A stretch of DNA of 62,024 bases from Bacteroidales bacterium (GTDB lineage Bacteria; Bacteroidota; Bacteroidia; Bacteroidales; DTGW01): assembly GCA_026416115.1 (NCBI GenBank), contig JAOAFU010000206.1, positions 1 through 62,024 on the forward strand, in the 5' to 3' direction. Within the stretch, counting starts at the first letter, position 1, and every line of letters starts with the position of its first letter. The translations under genes were made by a program, and so were the position numbers. The notes below the pieces were generated by a model. The model had not been told where the DNA came from and made no database searches. It saw only the letters and a program-made list of their open reading frames with translations. This document shows, piece after piece, positions 37,480-47,181 of this stretch.

Positions 37480-38523
37480 TTATTGGGGTATAATTAGTTT
37501 CACCTCAAATATATTGTTTTCTTTCCGATATTTCAACAAACCTTCGTTGTGATAAATCAGTCTAAGTCTTTCTTCTATATTTTTTAAACCTAAACCCGCT
37601 CCTTTGCGCGATGGTGAGGAAGGATCAAAGTCATTCTGAACGATAAGAATAAGAAAATTATGTTCGAGAAAAGCCTTAAGGTCAATATTAACAGTTTCCA
37701 CGCTTTCGCTTACTCCATGTTTTATTGCGTTTTCGAAAACCGGCTGTAAGATCATTACCGGAAGGGTAGAGGACAATGCTTTTTCGTCGACATGGACGGT
37801 ATAGTGTATTCGATTTCCAAATCGAATTTTTTCTATTTGCATATAGCGCTGTATATTCTGTAATTCGGAAGAAAGAGATGAAAGTTGTCGTCCATCACGT
37901 GCAAGAGAATATCTTAGAAAATCGGAAAGCAATATTATCATTTCTTGGGCTTTATGTGGGTCTGTGAGCGTTAGGGCGCTAATGGAATTGAGACTATTAA
38001 ATAAAAAATGAGGATTGAGTTGAGACTTTAATAAATTAAGCTCAGCTTCTTTTATCATTCGCGTTAGTCGCACTTCTTCCTGTTTTTTTTCCTGAAGATT
38101 TACGCGATATATATAAAGATAGTACCCAAGGACAAATGCTACATATAGAAATATACTGGGCAGTATCCATCGGGGAAGATGATTTACAACATAATGATAA
38201 TCGGAAGGGTCAAACAAATGTTTATTTACTGAAATAAGGATGAGGGTTTGTAATGAAATAAAGATTATTGCTGCTAACAGATGATTTATGAATGTATTGA
38301 AAGTCCCAACTTTTTCGGGGTAACTATATAAAACTGCATACCAGATAGCAATCCCTAAAAGGGAGCCGAATGTTCCCATAAGCAATGAATTAACTATACT
38401 GGAAGCAAATGAGAGGGGAGTTTTATAATAATGTACAACAAAATTTAATACTATAAATAGTAGCCAACTACTAAAATATATGACAAGGTTCCGAAGGTTT
38501 TTTAATATTGGATGAGGAGTCAT
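37480..38523 (-). CDS. LytS/YehU-type sensor histidine kinase
   Basis: It has multiple N-terminal TM helices. The His_kinase box is LKSQLNPHFLFNSLNSI. The HATPase region has ENAIKHG and GLGLKNI. Confidence 0.85.
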   Translation of the reverse strand: MTPHPILKNLRNLVIYFSSWLLFIVLNFVVHYYKTPLSFASSIVNSLLMGTFGSLLGIAIWYAVLYSYPEKVGTFNTFINHLLAAIIFISLQTLILISVNKHLFDPSDYHYVVNHLPRWILPSIFLYVAFVLGYYLYIYRVNLQEKKQEEVRLTRMIKEAELNLLKSQLNPHFLFNSLNSISALTLTDPHKAQEMIILLSDFLRYSLARDGRQLSSLSSELQNIQRYMQIEKIRFGNRIHYTVHVDEKALSSTLPVMILQPVFENAIKHGVSESVETVNIDLKAFLEHNFLILIVQNDFDPSSPSRKGAGLGLKNIEERLRLIYHNEGLLKYRKENNIFEVKLIIPQ

Positions 38524-38529
38524 GGTTTT

Positions 38530-39300
38530 TTATTTGTAGCTTTTAATTTCACCACCTCCAAAAAATGTTACCCCTTTGATAATCAGAATTTTGTTTTTAT
38601 CGTGCATGGTTGGAATAGCATGACGTTTATCTGCAAAGCCCCCAAGTATTGAGACAACTTCGGTACGAACTTCCCAATCGGCAGGAACAATAAGAGAAGC
38701 GCCTCCAAAAACGCAAACCATATCAATCACATGGGTTCCCTCGGCTAATTGAGCATGGGTGAAATCGAGCTCTGAACCTCCAAAAATGCACGTTATTTTC
38801 CCTCCTTTAAACTGCTGACTTACTATAATTTGCTTGTTTCCTCCAAAAATGTTTGCTACATCGATATAATCGTTCATATTTGTTTGACTCGTATAGTCTG
38901 CATTGTAATTTTGATCATTAAAATTATGTCGATGTGGGTGATGATGTACATTGCTATTACGCCTGAAAATAATTAAAAAACCAAGTAAGATAAGTAAAAA
39001 AGGCCAGAAAATTTGTGTAAAATTAAATGGGACATTAATAAACTTTGGTATCATAAAAAAAGCACCAATTGCAATAATTATTATTCCACTTATGGAACCC
39101 TTGTGAGAAACTACGGTTAATATTCCTAATAAAATTAATATCACTTGCCAGCTAAAAAAAATCTGCTTCACAATAGGTGGGAGCAATCCAACATTATCAA
39201 ACAAAAGAATAAACCCGTAGACCAATATGATGATACCAATTGTTAACTTTCGGGCTGCTCGTGCAGTGGGCGTAAGATTTGTGTTACAGTTGTATGTCAT
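38530..39300 (-). CDS. LiaF/YvqF-like membrane protein (four TM helices plus a C-terminal LiaF-type domain)
   Basis: TM helices are followed by a His-rich linker (HHHPHRHN). Repeats IFGGxxx / VFGGASLIVPADWEV / ILGGF are typical of the cell-wall-stress LiaF domain. I preferred the ATG at 39300 over the TTG at 39360. Confidence 0.6.
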   Translation of the reverse strand: MTYNCNTNLTPTARAARKLTIGIIILVYGFILLFDNVGLLPPIVKQIFFSWQVILILLGILTVVSHKGSISGIIIIAIGAFFMIPKFINVPFNFTQIFWPFLLILLGFLIIFRRNSNVHHHPHRHNFNDQNYNADYTSQTNMNDYIDVANIFGGNKQIIVSQQFKGGKITCIFGGSELDFTHAQLAEGTHVIDMVCVFGGASLIVPADWEVRTEVVSILGGFADKRHAIPTMHDKNKILIIKGVTFFGGGEIKSYK

Positions 39301-39402
39301 TTTCTGCTTTTCATTTTTCGAAGGTAAAAATAGGATACATAATAAACTAAATAAATGCAAAATCGGCTAAAACCTTTATTATGTCGGTAAAATAATTTTT
39401 TA

Positions 39403-41520
39403 TTAATATTTATGTATTTGGTAGCTTAAAACTATAAACATTCTTCTTCCTGGCGATATGTTTCCTAAACTATAAGGCATTACGTTGTTAAAAAGATTGT
39501 CGATTCCTAAAGTGAAGGATAAAGTTTTGTATCTAAGCATTGAAGTAAACTTCCAGTAGTGAAATGCCGGGTCGTGATAAATTATTTCTCCAACTGGTTC
39601 GTAAGTTCGAGCTGCAGTATATCGATCGGACAAATCGAGAGTGATTTGCCAGTTCTTTTTAATCTTTAGGTTGTATGTAATACTTCCTGCAGCCGAGAAT
39701 GGTGCAACATTGTACATAGCACTATCGGTCGACAGATTGATCGAATTGATATACGACATGTTTAGGCTAAATATTAGATCTCTTAAAGGTTTCCATTTCG
39801 AAATCCAGTCTACTCCCATCACACGTGCCTTGTTGATGTTGATATATTGGAAAGTACGTTCGGCAACTAGTGTATGATATATCATGTCAGTCAATTGATT
39901 ATAATAAGCGTTGGCTGCAAATGAGAAGTTGTTTTTTCTTAATTCGACCGAGGTGCTAACATAATTAGAACGTTCGCTCTCAAGGTTTCTATTTCCTATT
40001 AGATAAAACATTCCCTGATGATCGAATTGATAGTACATTTCCTTTAAGGTTGGTGAACGAAAGCCTTGACCATATGAAGTTCTTAAAATGACAGGCTCGA
40101 AACGTAGAACAATACTCAGCGCAGGAACAATACTGTATTTACCTGTTGAGTAATAAATAGCCCGACTACCAGATACAACAGATATTTTTTTCGATATTCG
40201 ATAGTCGTTTTGCAAAAAGGCAATGAGCGTATACATATGCACATAAGGTATGGAAAGTTTTTCGGAAAATAAATTTTCATACACAAATTCCGATCCACCA
40301 GTCCAGTGACCTAAACTGTTAACCCTATCTGTCATCCATCTTAAGGTATGTAATACGTCTGATGCTGTTTTGCTATGATTATCGTTACGGTTGATCAAAA
40401 TATTGTAGTTTACAAAGCGGTCGATAGCATAGGAAAACACCATTTGAGCACTGTCGTTTTGTTTGTGCTCAATTTTTACTAAAGAACTTTGGCCTGCATA
40501 ACCATGATCGACAGCTCTTACATCTACAATGCCGTCGTAAATTCGATTATAAAAAATATTCCCCTTAATTGTTAAAGAGGTTTGTTTCGAAAAATTATAG
40601 TCGAAGCGCTGATTAAAAGCATAGTTCGAATATTTTTCTTGATTTTTTGAGTACGGTTCATTGGGGGTTAGGTCATATCCGTCGGTATGGTTTGTGGTAA
40701 TCGACGATAGGTAGGAGATTTTATTCCTTGCTCCTCCTGCATAGAGGTTAAAGTTTGTTTCATTGTACTTCGAATACCGCAATGAACTTCCTGCTTCAAA
40801 ACCACTTTGGGGTTTGCGGGTAATAAGATTTATTACACCACTTATGGCATTTGAACCATAAATTACCGAGGCTGGCCCACGCAATATTTCTATTCGGTCG
40901 ATGTTGTCCATATTTAGGCGATAATAATCAATATCTCCATCCATTTCTCCAGCCATTCTTTCTCCATCTACTAAGAACAGCATATATCGCGCTCCTAAGC
41001 CTTGATAAGTTAATTTGGGCCGATATCCAAAATTTGCTTTTTCAAGTCCGGCTATTTCACGTTCAAGTACAGAGGTAATGTTATAATTCCCCATTCTTAG
41101 CTGTTGTTCTGCTGGAACAAGTTGGGTCAAAACAGTTGTGTTTTTTATGGGTTGCATCATTCGATTAGCTGTAATAACCACAGCATCAATGTCTTCGACC
41201 GATGGCGTTAGTTTATATGTTTTTTCATGGCTACTTGAAAAAATAAAAGTATCGGTTATCGAATTATAGCCCAACATCGAAATTTCTAATATCACTCTCT
41301 CAAGACTAGGTATTGAGATTGTAAACAAACCCGAATCGTTGGTTAAGGTTACTCGATTATATGTTTTAAGCTGCACCTTTGCTCCAGCAATAGTTTCGCC
41401 TGTTTGTGCATCAATTACTTTGCCCTTAAAGTTTGATTGTGAAAATGATAATTGTACCGAAAACAACATCGGCAAGCTGATAATAAGAAGTAATACTTTT
41501 ATTTTTTTGGTAAAGGCCAT
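39403..41520 (-). CDS. TonB-dependent outer-membrane receptor (probable haem receptor given the HmuY neighbour)
   Basis: It has a signal peptide and a CarboxypepD_reg-like N-domain (GKVIDAQTGETIAGAKVQL). The plug has IEILRGPASVIYGSNAISGVINLIT. A long beta-barrel follows. I chose the ATG at 41520 (MAFTKKIKVLLL). Confidence 0.88.
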   Translation of the reverse strand: MAFTKKIKVLLLIISLPMLFSVQLSFSQSNFKGKVIDAQTGETIAGAKVQLKTYNRVTLTNDSGLFTISIPSLERVILEISMLGYNSITDTFIFSSSHEKTYKLTPSVEDIDAVVITANRMMQPIKNTTVLTQLVPAEQQLRMGNYNITSVLEREIAGLEKANFGYRPKLTYQGLGARYMLFLVDGERMAGEMDGDIDYYRLNMDNIDRIEILRGPASVIYGSNAISGVINLITRKPQSGFEAGSSLRYSKYNETNFNLYAGGARNKISYLSSITTNHTDGYDLTPNEPYSKNQEKYSNYAFNQRFDYNFSKQTSLTIKGNIFYNRIYDGIVDVRAVDHGYAGQSSLVKIEHKQNDSAQMVFSYAIDRFVNYNILINRNDNHSKTASDVLHTLRWMTDRVNSLGHWTGGSEFVYENLFSEKLSIPYVHMYTLIAFLQNDYRISKKISVVSGSRAIYYSTGKYSIVPALSIVLRFEPVILRTSYGQGFRSPTLKEMYYQFDHQGMFYLIGNRNLESERSNYVSTSVELRKNNFSFAANAYYNQLTDMIYHTLVAERTFQYININKARVMGVDWISKWKPLRDLIFSLNMSYINSINLSTDSAMYNVAPFSAAGSITYNLKIKKNWQITLDLSDRYTAARTYEPVGEIIYHDPAFHYWKFTSMLRYKTLSFTLGIDNLFNNVMPYSLGNISPGRRMFIVLSYQIHKY

Positions 41521-41540
41521 GTAATATTGTATTTTAAGTA

Positions 41541-41565
41541 GGGACATAAGTAAATCTTATGTCCC
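41541..41565 (-). promoter_or_regulatory. Intercistronic 10-bp perfect hairpin between the HmuY-like gene and the receptor gene
   Basis: GGGACATAAG (41541-41550) pairs with CTTATGTCCC (41556-41565) with a 5-nt loop. There is no clean U-run after it on the minus strand. Confidence 0.5.
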
Positions 41566-41585
41566 GCTAAATTCTTATTTATATT

Positions 41586-42203
41586 TTATTCAAGCGAACG
41601 AGATCCATCAGGTTGGTACTTATATACCAATGTAACGTATCCTGAGGTGCCTTCGTCGTTATAATAATTTTTTATGTAAAATTTAGCATACTTACCCTTA
41701 GCTGTACGAAAATAGTAAATCCATTTACGACTAACTATCATGGTTCCGTTGGGGGTATTTTCGCGATTATACCAGTTCATGAGTATAGGATTTAGCACAT
41801 ATTTCGTTACTGTTGGTTTGGTTGGATTGGCAGGATTGTATCCGTAAACAACAACCGTATCGTCTGTAACGAATTGTACTGTATCACTAACCGAGATTAC
41901 AACATTCATACCTTCTTCACCAGTGTGGGTAGTGTCGGCAATGGCGACACCGGCCTGTCCTTTACCATTTTTTCCTCCGTTAGTTTTAATCATGTACCGT
42001 TGAAAGGCAATATCCCATTCATTTGAGTTGGCAGGGTCTGAAATTGACACTACTGTGTCTTTCTCGAACGAAAAATATACCCAGTCAGTATGACTACTTG
42101 CATCGACAACAATACTGTGAGAGGCAAGTGGAGTTTTCTCATCATCTTTTTTACAGGAAAAAAATGCTAAAGTAAATGCTGAAATTAGTAATACATTACG
42201 CAT
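41586..42203 (-). CDS. hmuY: HmuY-like lipoprotein (haem-binding family)
   Basis: The lipobox is LAFFSC. The core motif EWDIAFQRYMIKTNGGKNGKGQAG resembles the HmuY family. It lies directly upstream of a TonB-dependent receptor, as in hmuY-hmuR loci. Confidence 0.6.
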   Translation of the reverse strand: MRNVLLISAFTLAFFSCKKDDEKTPLASHSIVVDASSHTDWVYFSFEKDTVVSISDPANSNEWDIAFQRYMIKTNGGKNGKGQAGVAIADTTHTGEEGMNVVISVSDTVQFVTDDTVVVYGYNPANPTKPTVTKYVLNPILMNWYNRENTPNGTMIVSRKWIYYFRTAKGKYAKFYIKNYYNDEGTSGYVTLVYKYQPDGSRSLE

Positions 42204-42333
42204 AGTAGTAATAATTTAAATTATTAAACAACAATTAATTTGATGAAAAATATATTTGATAGAAAAATATGATTTTTCTAAAAGATATTAAAGTCTCCTA
42301 AATGGAGAAAATTTAATAAAATTCTGTATAAAT

Positions 42334-42711
42334 TTATAAGAAAGAAGGGGGAGGACGATTGTATAAACGCCAAATTTTTTCTAAAGAAACTATGCAAAAT
42401 GGAATAGTGAAAATGCGATCAAAAATCCAAATTTTAAATAGAACAGATTTTTTTTCAGGTTCAAAAGGATGATTGGATTTTTGGATTTGAGAATTATACT
42501 TATAAATATTTTTTTTAGAAAAATCGGAGACTTGATGATACGGATGAGAAAGCTCAATTGTAACACCATGAAGCTGTTGATTGATATTAATTTCATGGGT
42601 AACCTGGGGAAATAAGGAAGAGATGACCCAACTACCCAAAAAACACATATATAGTGCTGCAAGTACTACATATGGGGTATGTGTGGCAAATATTCCAAAG
42701 CTGAACATCAT
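42334..42711 (-). CDS. Hypothetical small membrane protein (weak call)
   Basis: The 125-aa ORF starts 17 nt after yebC on the same strand. It has an N-terminal hydrophobic segment. I recognised no motif, and an alternative-frame ORF overlaps it. Confidence 0.3.
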   Translation of the reverse strand: MMFSFGIFATHTPYVVLAALYMCFLGSWVISSLFPQVTHEININQQLHGVTIELSHPYHQVSDFSKKNIYKYNSQIQKSNHPFEPEKKSVLFKIWIFDRIFTIPFCIVSLEKIWRLYNRPPPSFL

Positions 42712-42728
42712 CTCTTCCCTAATATTTG

Positions 42729-43439
42729 TTATCGCATGTTATGAAAAACATTTTTTACATCATCATCTTCCTCAAGCTTTTCGAGGAGTTTTTCAACCTC
42801 AGCAACCTGATCGGCAGGTAATTCTTTTGTGTCGACAGGTATCCATTCAAACTCGGCACTGATAATTTCGAAACCTTTTTCTTCAAGATATTTCTGAATA
42901 CTACCAAACGACTCAAACTCTCCATAAATAATTATAGTATCGTCTTCGGCAAAAACTTCAGATACTCCGAAATCAATCAGCTCAAGTTCGAGTTCCTCGA
43001 GGTTAATACCTTGCTTATATTTAACCTTAAAGTTGCATTTATGTTCAAATAGAAAACTAACACTTCCAGAAGTTCCAAGCGAGCCTCCATTTTTATTGAA
43101 GATGCTACGAATATTGCTTACTGTTCGGGTAGGATTATCAGTTGCTGTTTCGACCAGAATAGCAATACCATGCGGACCATAGCCTTCGTAGATTATTTCC
43201 TTATAGTCTTCCTGTTCTTTAGTGGTTGCGCGTTTGATGGCCCTTTCTACATTTTCTTTGGGCATATTAGCAGCCTTGGCATTCTGTATCAGAACACGTA
43301 GCCTAGGATTAGTGTCTGGATCCGGACCACCTGCTTTGACAGCCATAGCTATATCTTTACCCAATCGGGTAAATGTTTTAGCCATCGTACTCCAACGCTT
43401 GAATTTTCGCTCTTTACGGTATTCAAATGCTCGTCCCAT
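42729..43439 (-). CDS. yebC: YebC/PmpR-family DNA-binding regulatory protein
   Basis: The motifs are MGRAFEYRKERKFKRW, NPRLRVLIQNAKAANMPKENVERAI and YEGYGPHGIAILVE. The -7 box at 43484-91 lies inside the extended track ORF, which supports the ATG at 43439. Confidence 0.9.
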   Translation of the reverse strand: MGRAFEYRKERKFKRWSTMAKTFTRLGKDIAMAVKAGGPDPDTNPRLRVLIQNAKAANMPKENVERAIKRATTKEQEDYKEIIYEGYGPHGIAILVETATDNPTRTVSNIRSIFNKNGGSLGTSGSVSFLFEHKCNFKVKYKQGINLEELELELIDFGVSEVFAEDDTIIIYGEFESFGSIQKYLEEKGFEIISAEFEWIPVDTKELPADQVAEVEKLLEKLEEDDDVKNVFHNMR

Positions 43440-43483
43440 CGTATGGTTATTTAAATTTTTAACAATGTTTTTTATTGGATGTG

Positions 43484-43491
43484 CAAAACTA
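43484..43491 (-). promoter_or_regulatory. Candidate -7 promoter box for yebC
   Basis: The minus strand reads TAGTTTTG (TAnnTTTG), 44 nt upstream of the ATG at 43439. Confidence 0.4.
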
Positions 43492-43511
43492 CAATTTTTT
43501 GACAAACGAAC

Positions 43512-44141
43512 CTAATTCGATACCAAAGGAGCTTGACGGATATAACTATTTTCAAATAAAACTTTAGTAATAAAGTGAGCAACATCTGCACGAGAAATGT
43601 GGCTCAAAAAACCAATTCTTTGATTGCCTACTCGGTAATTTGTTGTTAATTTTCCATTGGTAAGGAGTGGAGCACGAACTAGCGTCCAATCCAATGTTGA
43701 ATTTTCGAGCAATTTTAACTGGTTAACTCCATCATAATACCTTGCAGGTGCTAGTGTTTTAATTAGTAATGTTAGCAAATCATTCTCCCACGAAGGTGTA
43801 TCGCCTTCGACAGAGACACCGGATCCTGTTAGCACAATAATGCGTTTTATTCCAAACTCTTCCATCGATCGGATCATATTGTTGAGAGCAACCGACTGAA
43901 ATCCGGCTTCAGATCCTCTTACGTATCCGATGACAGAAATAACCGCTTCGGTACCTTGTACAGTGTTAAAAACACTTTCAAAATTTCGGGCATCGCCTTC
44001 TACAACATTAAGTAAAGGATGTGTCATTTCAATTCGTCGAGGGTTTCGAACCAAAGCTTGAACTGAAATGTATTTATGCAGTAATTGTTCTAATAGAACT
44101 TTTCCTGTTCGACCAGTAGCACCGAATAAAGCAACTTTCAT
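43512..44141 (-). CDS. NAD(P)H-binding atypical SDR / NmrA-like oxidoreductase
   Basis: The N-terminal Rossmann motif is MKVALFGATGRTGKVLLEQLL. The protein is 209 aa. Confidence 0.8.
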   Translation of the reverse strand: MKVALFGATGRTGKVLLEQLLHKYISVQALVRNPRRIEMTHPLLNVVEGDARNFESVFNTVQGTEAVISVIGYVRGSEAGFQSVALNNMIRSMEEFGIKRIIVLTGSGVSVEGDTPSWENDLLTLLIKTLAPARYYDGVNQLKLLENSTLDWTLVRAPLLTNGKLTTNYRVGNQRIGFLSHISRADVAHFITKVLFENSYIRQAPLVSN

Positions 44142-44410
44142 AATCTAATAGTTTATCTTTTAACTAAGGTCTTTAACCCTATTCAAATATATTCATTTTA
44201 TCTTAAATAAAGTGAGAGTGTTCCACATGATACGTTCTTTCATAATTTTTGAGATTTCTGTTCTTATCCATCTAATTCATTAAAATTCTAATTAATCTGA
44301 TAAAAATATATGTTGATTTAATTTTAGAAAGCCCACTGTCAACAATCAGGAAAATTTGATGTTAGCAATAAAAAATAGAGGCTATACCTTTTATTTTTTA
44401 TCAAAATTAA

Positions 44411-44418
44411 TACTTTTG
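44411..44418 (+). promoter_or_regulatory. Candidate -7 promoter box for the amino-acid permease gene
   Basis: TACTTTTG (TAnnTTTG) lies 32 nt upstream of the ATG at 44451. Confidence 0.45.
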
Positions 44419-44450
44419 GTAGAGTATTTATTTGGTAATTAGAAGTCTAT

Positions 44451-45866
44451 ATGCTACATACATTCAAAAAAAGCCTAAATATATGGGATTCGACGGCTAT
44501 TGTAGCTGGTTCGATGATTGGCTCGGGTATTTTTATTGTAAGTGCCGATATTGCACGGCAAGTGGGTTCGCCTGGTTGGTTGTTAGTAGTATGGTTAATT
44601 ACGGGTATCATGACTGTTTTCGCAGCAGTCAGCTATGGCGAGTTAGCTAGCATGATGCCTAAGGCTGGTGGAATATACATATATCTTCGCGAAGCCTACT
44701 CACCCTTAGTCGGTTTTCTCTACGGATGGAGTTTGTTTCTGGTTATTCAAACCGGTACAATTGCTGCTGTTGCAATGGCCTTTGCCAAATATGCAGGTGT
44801 TATTTTTCCTTGGATTTCTGAATCAAATTGGCTAATAAGTAGTGGTTTTATTAAAATAAACTCCACGCAATTAATTGCAGTTTTGTCAATTCTAATTTTG
44901 ACATACATCAATAGTCGTGGAATTGAGGAAGGAAAAAATGTACAGAATTTGTTTACGTACGCCAAAATTTTGATTCTAATTTTATTCATTGTGGTAGGGA
45001 TGTTTTTTGCCGACTTTAAGAATTTCGAGGGTTTTTGGCAAGCTAGTCAATGGAGAGGCGAACAACAAATTCCCATTGGAGGTTTAACATTACTTACCGC
45101 TATAGGAATTGCTATGGTTGGGGCATTATTTTCGGCCGATGCCTGGTACGATGTTACTTATACCTCTTCAGAGGTAAAAAAGCCTCGAAAAACCATAGCT
45201 CGCAGCCTAATTTTAGGAACGACAATTGTATCGCTATTGTATCTCTTAATTAATGTTGTTTATATTGGAATATTACCAGTTAATGGAACACCCGATGGAG
45301 TTTCAGTAGCTGAACGGGGTATTCAGTTTGCATCTGAAGATAGAGTAGCCACAGCTGTTATGTATCAAATATTAGGACAGAGTGCTGCTGTGATAATGGC
45401 TATTATTGTTGTAATTTCTACAATTGGTTGCAACAATGGCATTATTTTGTCGGGTGCAAGGGTTTCGTATGCTATGGCTCAGGATAATCTTTTTTTTAAG
45501 CATGCTGCAATACTTAATAAAAATAAAGTTCCTTCGGCTGCTTTATATATTCAGGCGCTATGGAGTATGGTGCTCTGTTTTACTGGAACTTATAGTCAGC
45601 TTCTCGATTACGTGATGTTTGTAGTAATTGTTTTTTACATACTCACCATTTATGCAGTTTTTGTTTTTAGAAAGAAACGCCCAGAGGTTGAACGTCCTTT
45701 TAAAACACCAGGATATCCTATACTACCTGCTATATATATAATCTTGTGTTTGTTTATCGAGGCCGTATTACTAATCTATAAGCCTACTTCTACCTGGCCG
45801 GGTCTAATTATTATGCTTTCTGGTGTTCCGATATATTATATTTGGCGAAAAAATGTAAAATATTAA
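44451..45866 (+). CDS. APC-superfamily amino acid permease
   Basis: The 471-aa protein has about 12 TM helices. The N-terminal signature is AIVAGSMIGSGIFIVSADIA...YGELASMMPKAGGIYIYLREAY. Confidence 0.9.
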   Translation: MLHTFKKSLNIWDSTAIVAGSMIGSGIFIVSADIARQVGSPGWLLVVWLITGIMTVFAAVSYGELASMMPKAGGIYIYLREAYSPLVGFLYGWSLFLVIQTGTIAAVAMAFAKYAGVIFPWISESNWLISSGFIKINSTQLIAVLSILILTYINSRGIEEGKNVQNLFTYAKILILILFIVVGMFFADFKNFEGFWQASQWRGEQQIPIGGLTLLTAIGIAMVGALFSADAWYDVTYTSSEVKKPRKTIARSLILGTTIVSLLYLLINVVYIGILPVNGTPDGVSVAERGIQFASEDRVATAVMYQILGQSAAVIMAIIVVISTIGCNNGIILSGARVSYAMAQDNLFFKHAAILNKNKVPSAALYIQALWSMVLCFTGTYSQLLDYVMFVVIVFYILTIYAVFVFRKKRPEVERPFKTPGYPILPAIYIILCLFIEAVLLIYKPTSTWPGLIIMLSGVPIYYIWRKNVKY

Positions 45867-45973
45867 TTAAGTTTTTTCGCAAATTAAAAATAGTATTAAA
45901 ATTCAATTCAATTTCAACAAATTAGGGCACAGTTTTTGTGCAAATATGGTTAAAATATGGGAGGGGCATAGTC

Positions 45974-47149
45974 ATGAAAAAACTATTATTAATAATATTC
46001 TTGCTCTCAACTGTTTACACAGCTTGGTGCCAAGATGATATTTATTATTTTCCTTCGAAGCAGAAGAAAGAAAATACTTCTACAAAAGCAAACTCAGCGA
46101 CTGATACCAGTGGTATGACAGCCTACGAAAAATATCTTGCTCTAAAGGAACAAGGGTCGACAACTAATGAATCAACAACGGTACAAGCAGATACTGAAAA
46201 TTCTCGAAAGCCTTCCTATGTTGTTGTAAATCAGGATACCACTTCGGGTAATGTAACAATTAACAATTATTATTTCGACGACGATAGATTTGGGTTTTAT
46301 CGTCGTTTTTATTTTGATTATTATTATCCTTATTACTACGATCCTTTTCTATGGGATTATTATACGTGGTGGGGCTATCCTTATGCTGGCTTTTATGCTG
46401 GTTATTACGGATATTATGGATACTGGGGATACTATTGGGGCTATTACCCATACTATTATCCTTATTACCGAGGCTATTGGCATGGTTTTTACGATGGCTA
46501 TTACTGGCGCGATTATGTAACTGTTTATCCAAGAGAGGGCGTACGGGTTACTCCGGGTAGACGCATGGGTGGTTATGTCGATTTATCGCGACGAGAAAGT
46601 GCTTCTTATTACCCTGCACGATTCGCATCCAACGATTATTATCATGGAACCAGACGTAATGGCATTACAGCTGTTAACAATGCATCGGGTGGGGGGGATA
46701 ATGTTTCAACTCGTAGAAGCATTGCTTCAAATTCAAATTCGAGCTATACCTCTTCTTCAAGTGTTACAACCACTCGTCCATATATTTCTTCACAGACGCG
46801 GCGTACTAATTATGTTCCTACATACAATACCAATACTTCGTCTGAAAGGAGGGCATATCCAACTTCTTCTACACGCGATGATAATTATGTTGTGATTAAT
46901 AACCGTAGGGTTCGTGTAGTTGAGGTATCTCAACCAAGTACTCCAACTCCCCGTCGTTCGGGTACCTCATATACGCCTGCTGTTCGTTCGGTTTCAAATA
47001 CAAGCAATAACGATATGCCGGCTCGTAGTACTTCGACTGAAATAAAAAATAATAACCCTTCACAACCAGTATATAATCCTACTCCTACTCCTTCAACACG
47101 TAGTGGAGGTTCTGAAAGTCGACCTGGAGGAAGTGGACGAAGAAGATAA
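45974..47149 (+). CDS. Secreted low-complexity protein: Tyr/Gly/Trp/Pro-rich core followed by a Ser/Thr/Arg/Asn/Pro-rich basic tail; function unknown
   Basis: The signal peptide is MKKLLLIIFLLSTVYTAWCQ, preceded by GGAGGGG 8 nt upstream. The core reads YYYPYYYDPFLWDYYTWWGYPYAGFYAGYYGYYGYWGYYWGYYPYYYPYYRGYW. The tail ends GGSGRRR. Confidence 0.75.
   Translation: MKKLLLIIFLLSTVYTAWCQDDIYYFPSKQKKENTSTKANSATDTSGMTAYEKYLALKEQGSTTNESTTVQADTENSRKPSYVVVNQDTTSGNVTINNYYFDDDRFGFYRRFYFDYYYPYYYDPFLWDYYTWWGYPYAGFYAGYYGYYGYWGYYWGYYPYYYPYYRGYWHGFYDGYYWRDYVTVYPREGVRVTPGRRMGGYVDLSRRESASYYPARFASNDYYHGTRRNGITAVNNASGGGDNVSTRRSIASNSNSSYTSSSSVTTTRPYISSQTRRTNYVPTYNTNTSSERRAYPTSSTRDDNYVVINNRRVRVVEVSQPSTPTPRRSGTSYTPAVRSVSNTSNNDMPARSTSTEIKNNNPSQPVYNPTPTPSTRSGGSESRPGGSGRRR
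46262..46528 (+). repeat. Cryptic codon-level low-complexity DNA (TAT/TAC, GGN, TGG, CCT reiterations) encoding the Tyr-rich block
   Basis: By my count, 35 of 89 codons are Tyr. Three plus frames and one minus frame stay open across the segment (track ORFs 46260-46532, 46290-46520 and 46351-46560). Confidence 0.8.
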
Positions 47150-47181
47150 TTATTTAAAACCTTGTTATTAAAATCTTAATT

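Noticed and set aside
46260-46895. Extra ORFs appear in other frames and on the opposite strand over the Tyr-rich gene (46260-46532 minus; 46290-46520, 46351-46560 and 46569-46895 plus).
   Set aside because: The stop-codon-poor repetitive composition of the region explains them. The frame with a signal peptide and continuous 391-aa reading is the plausible gene.
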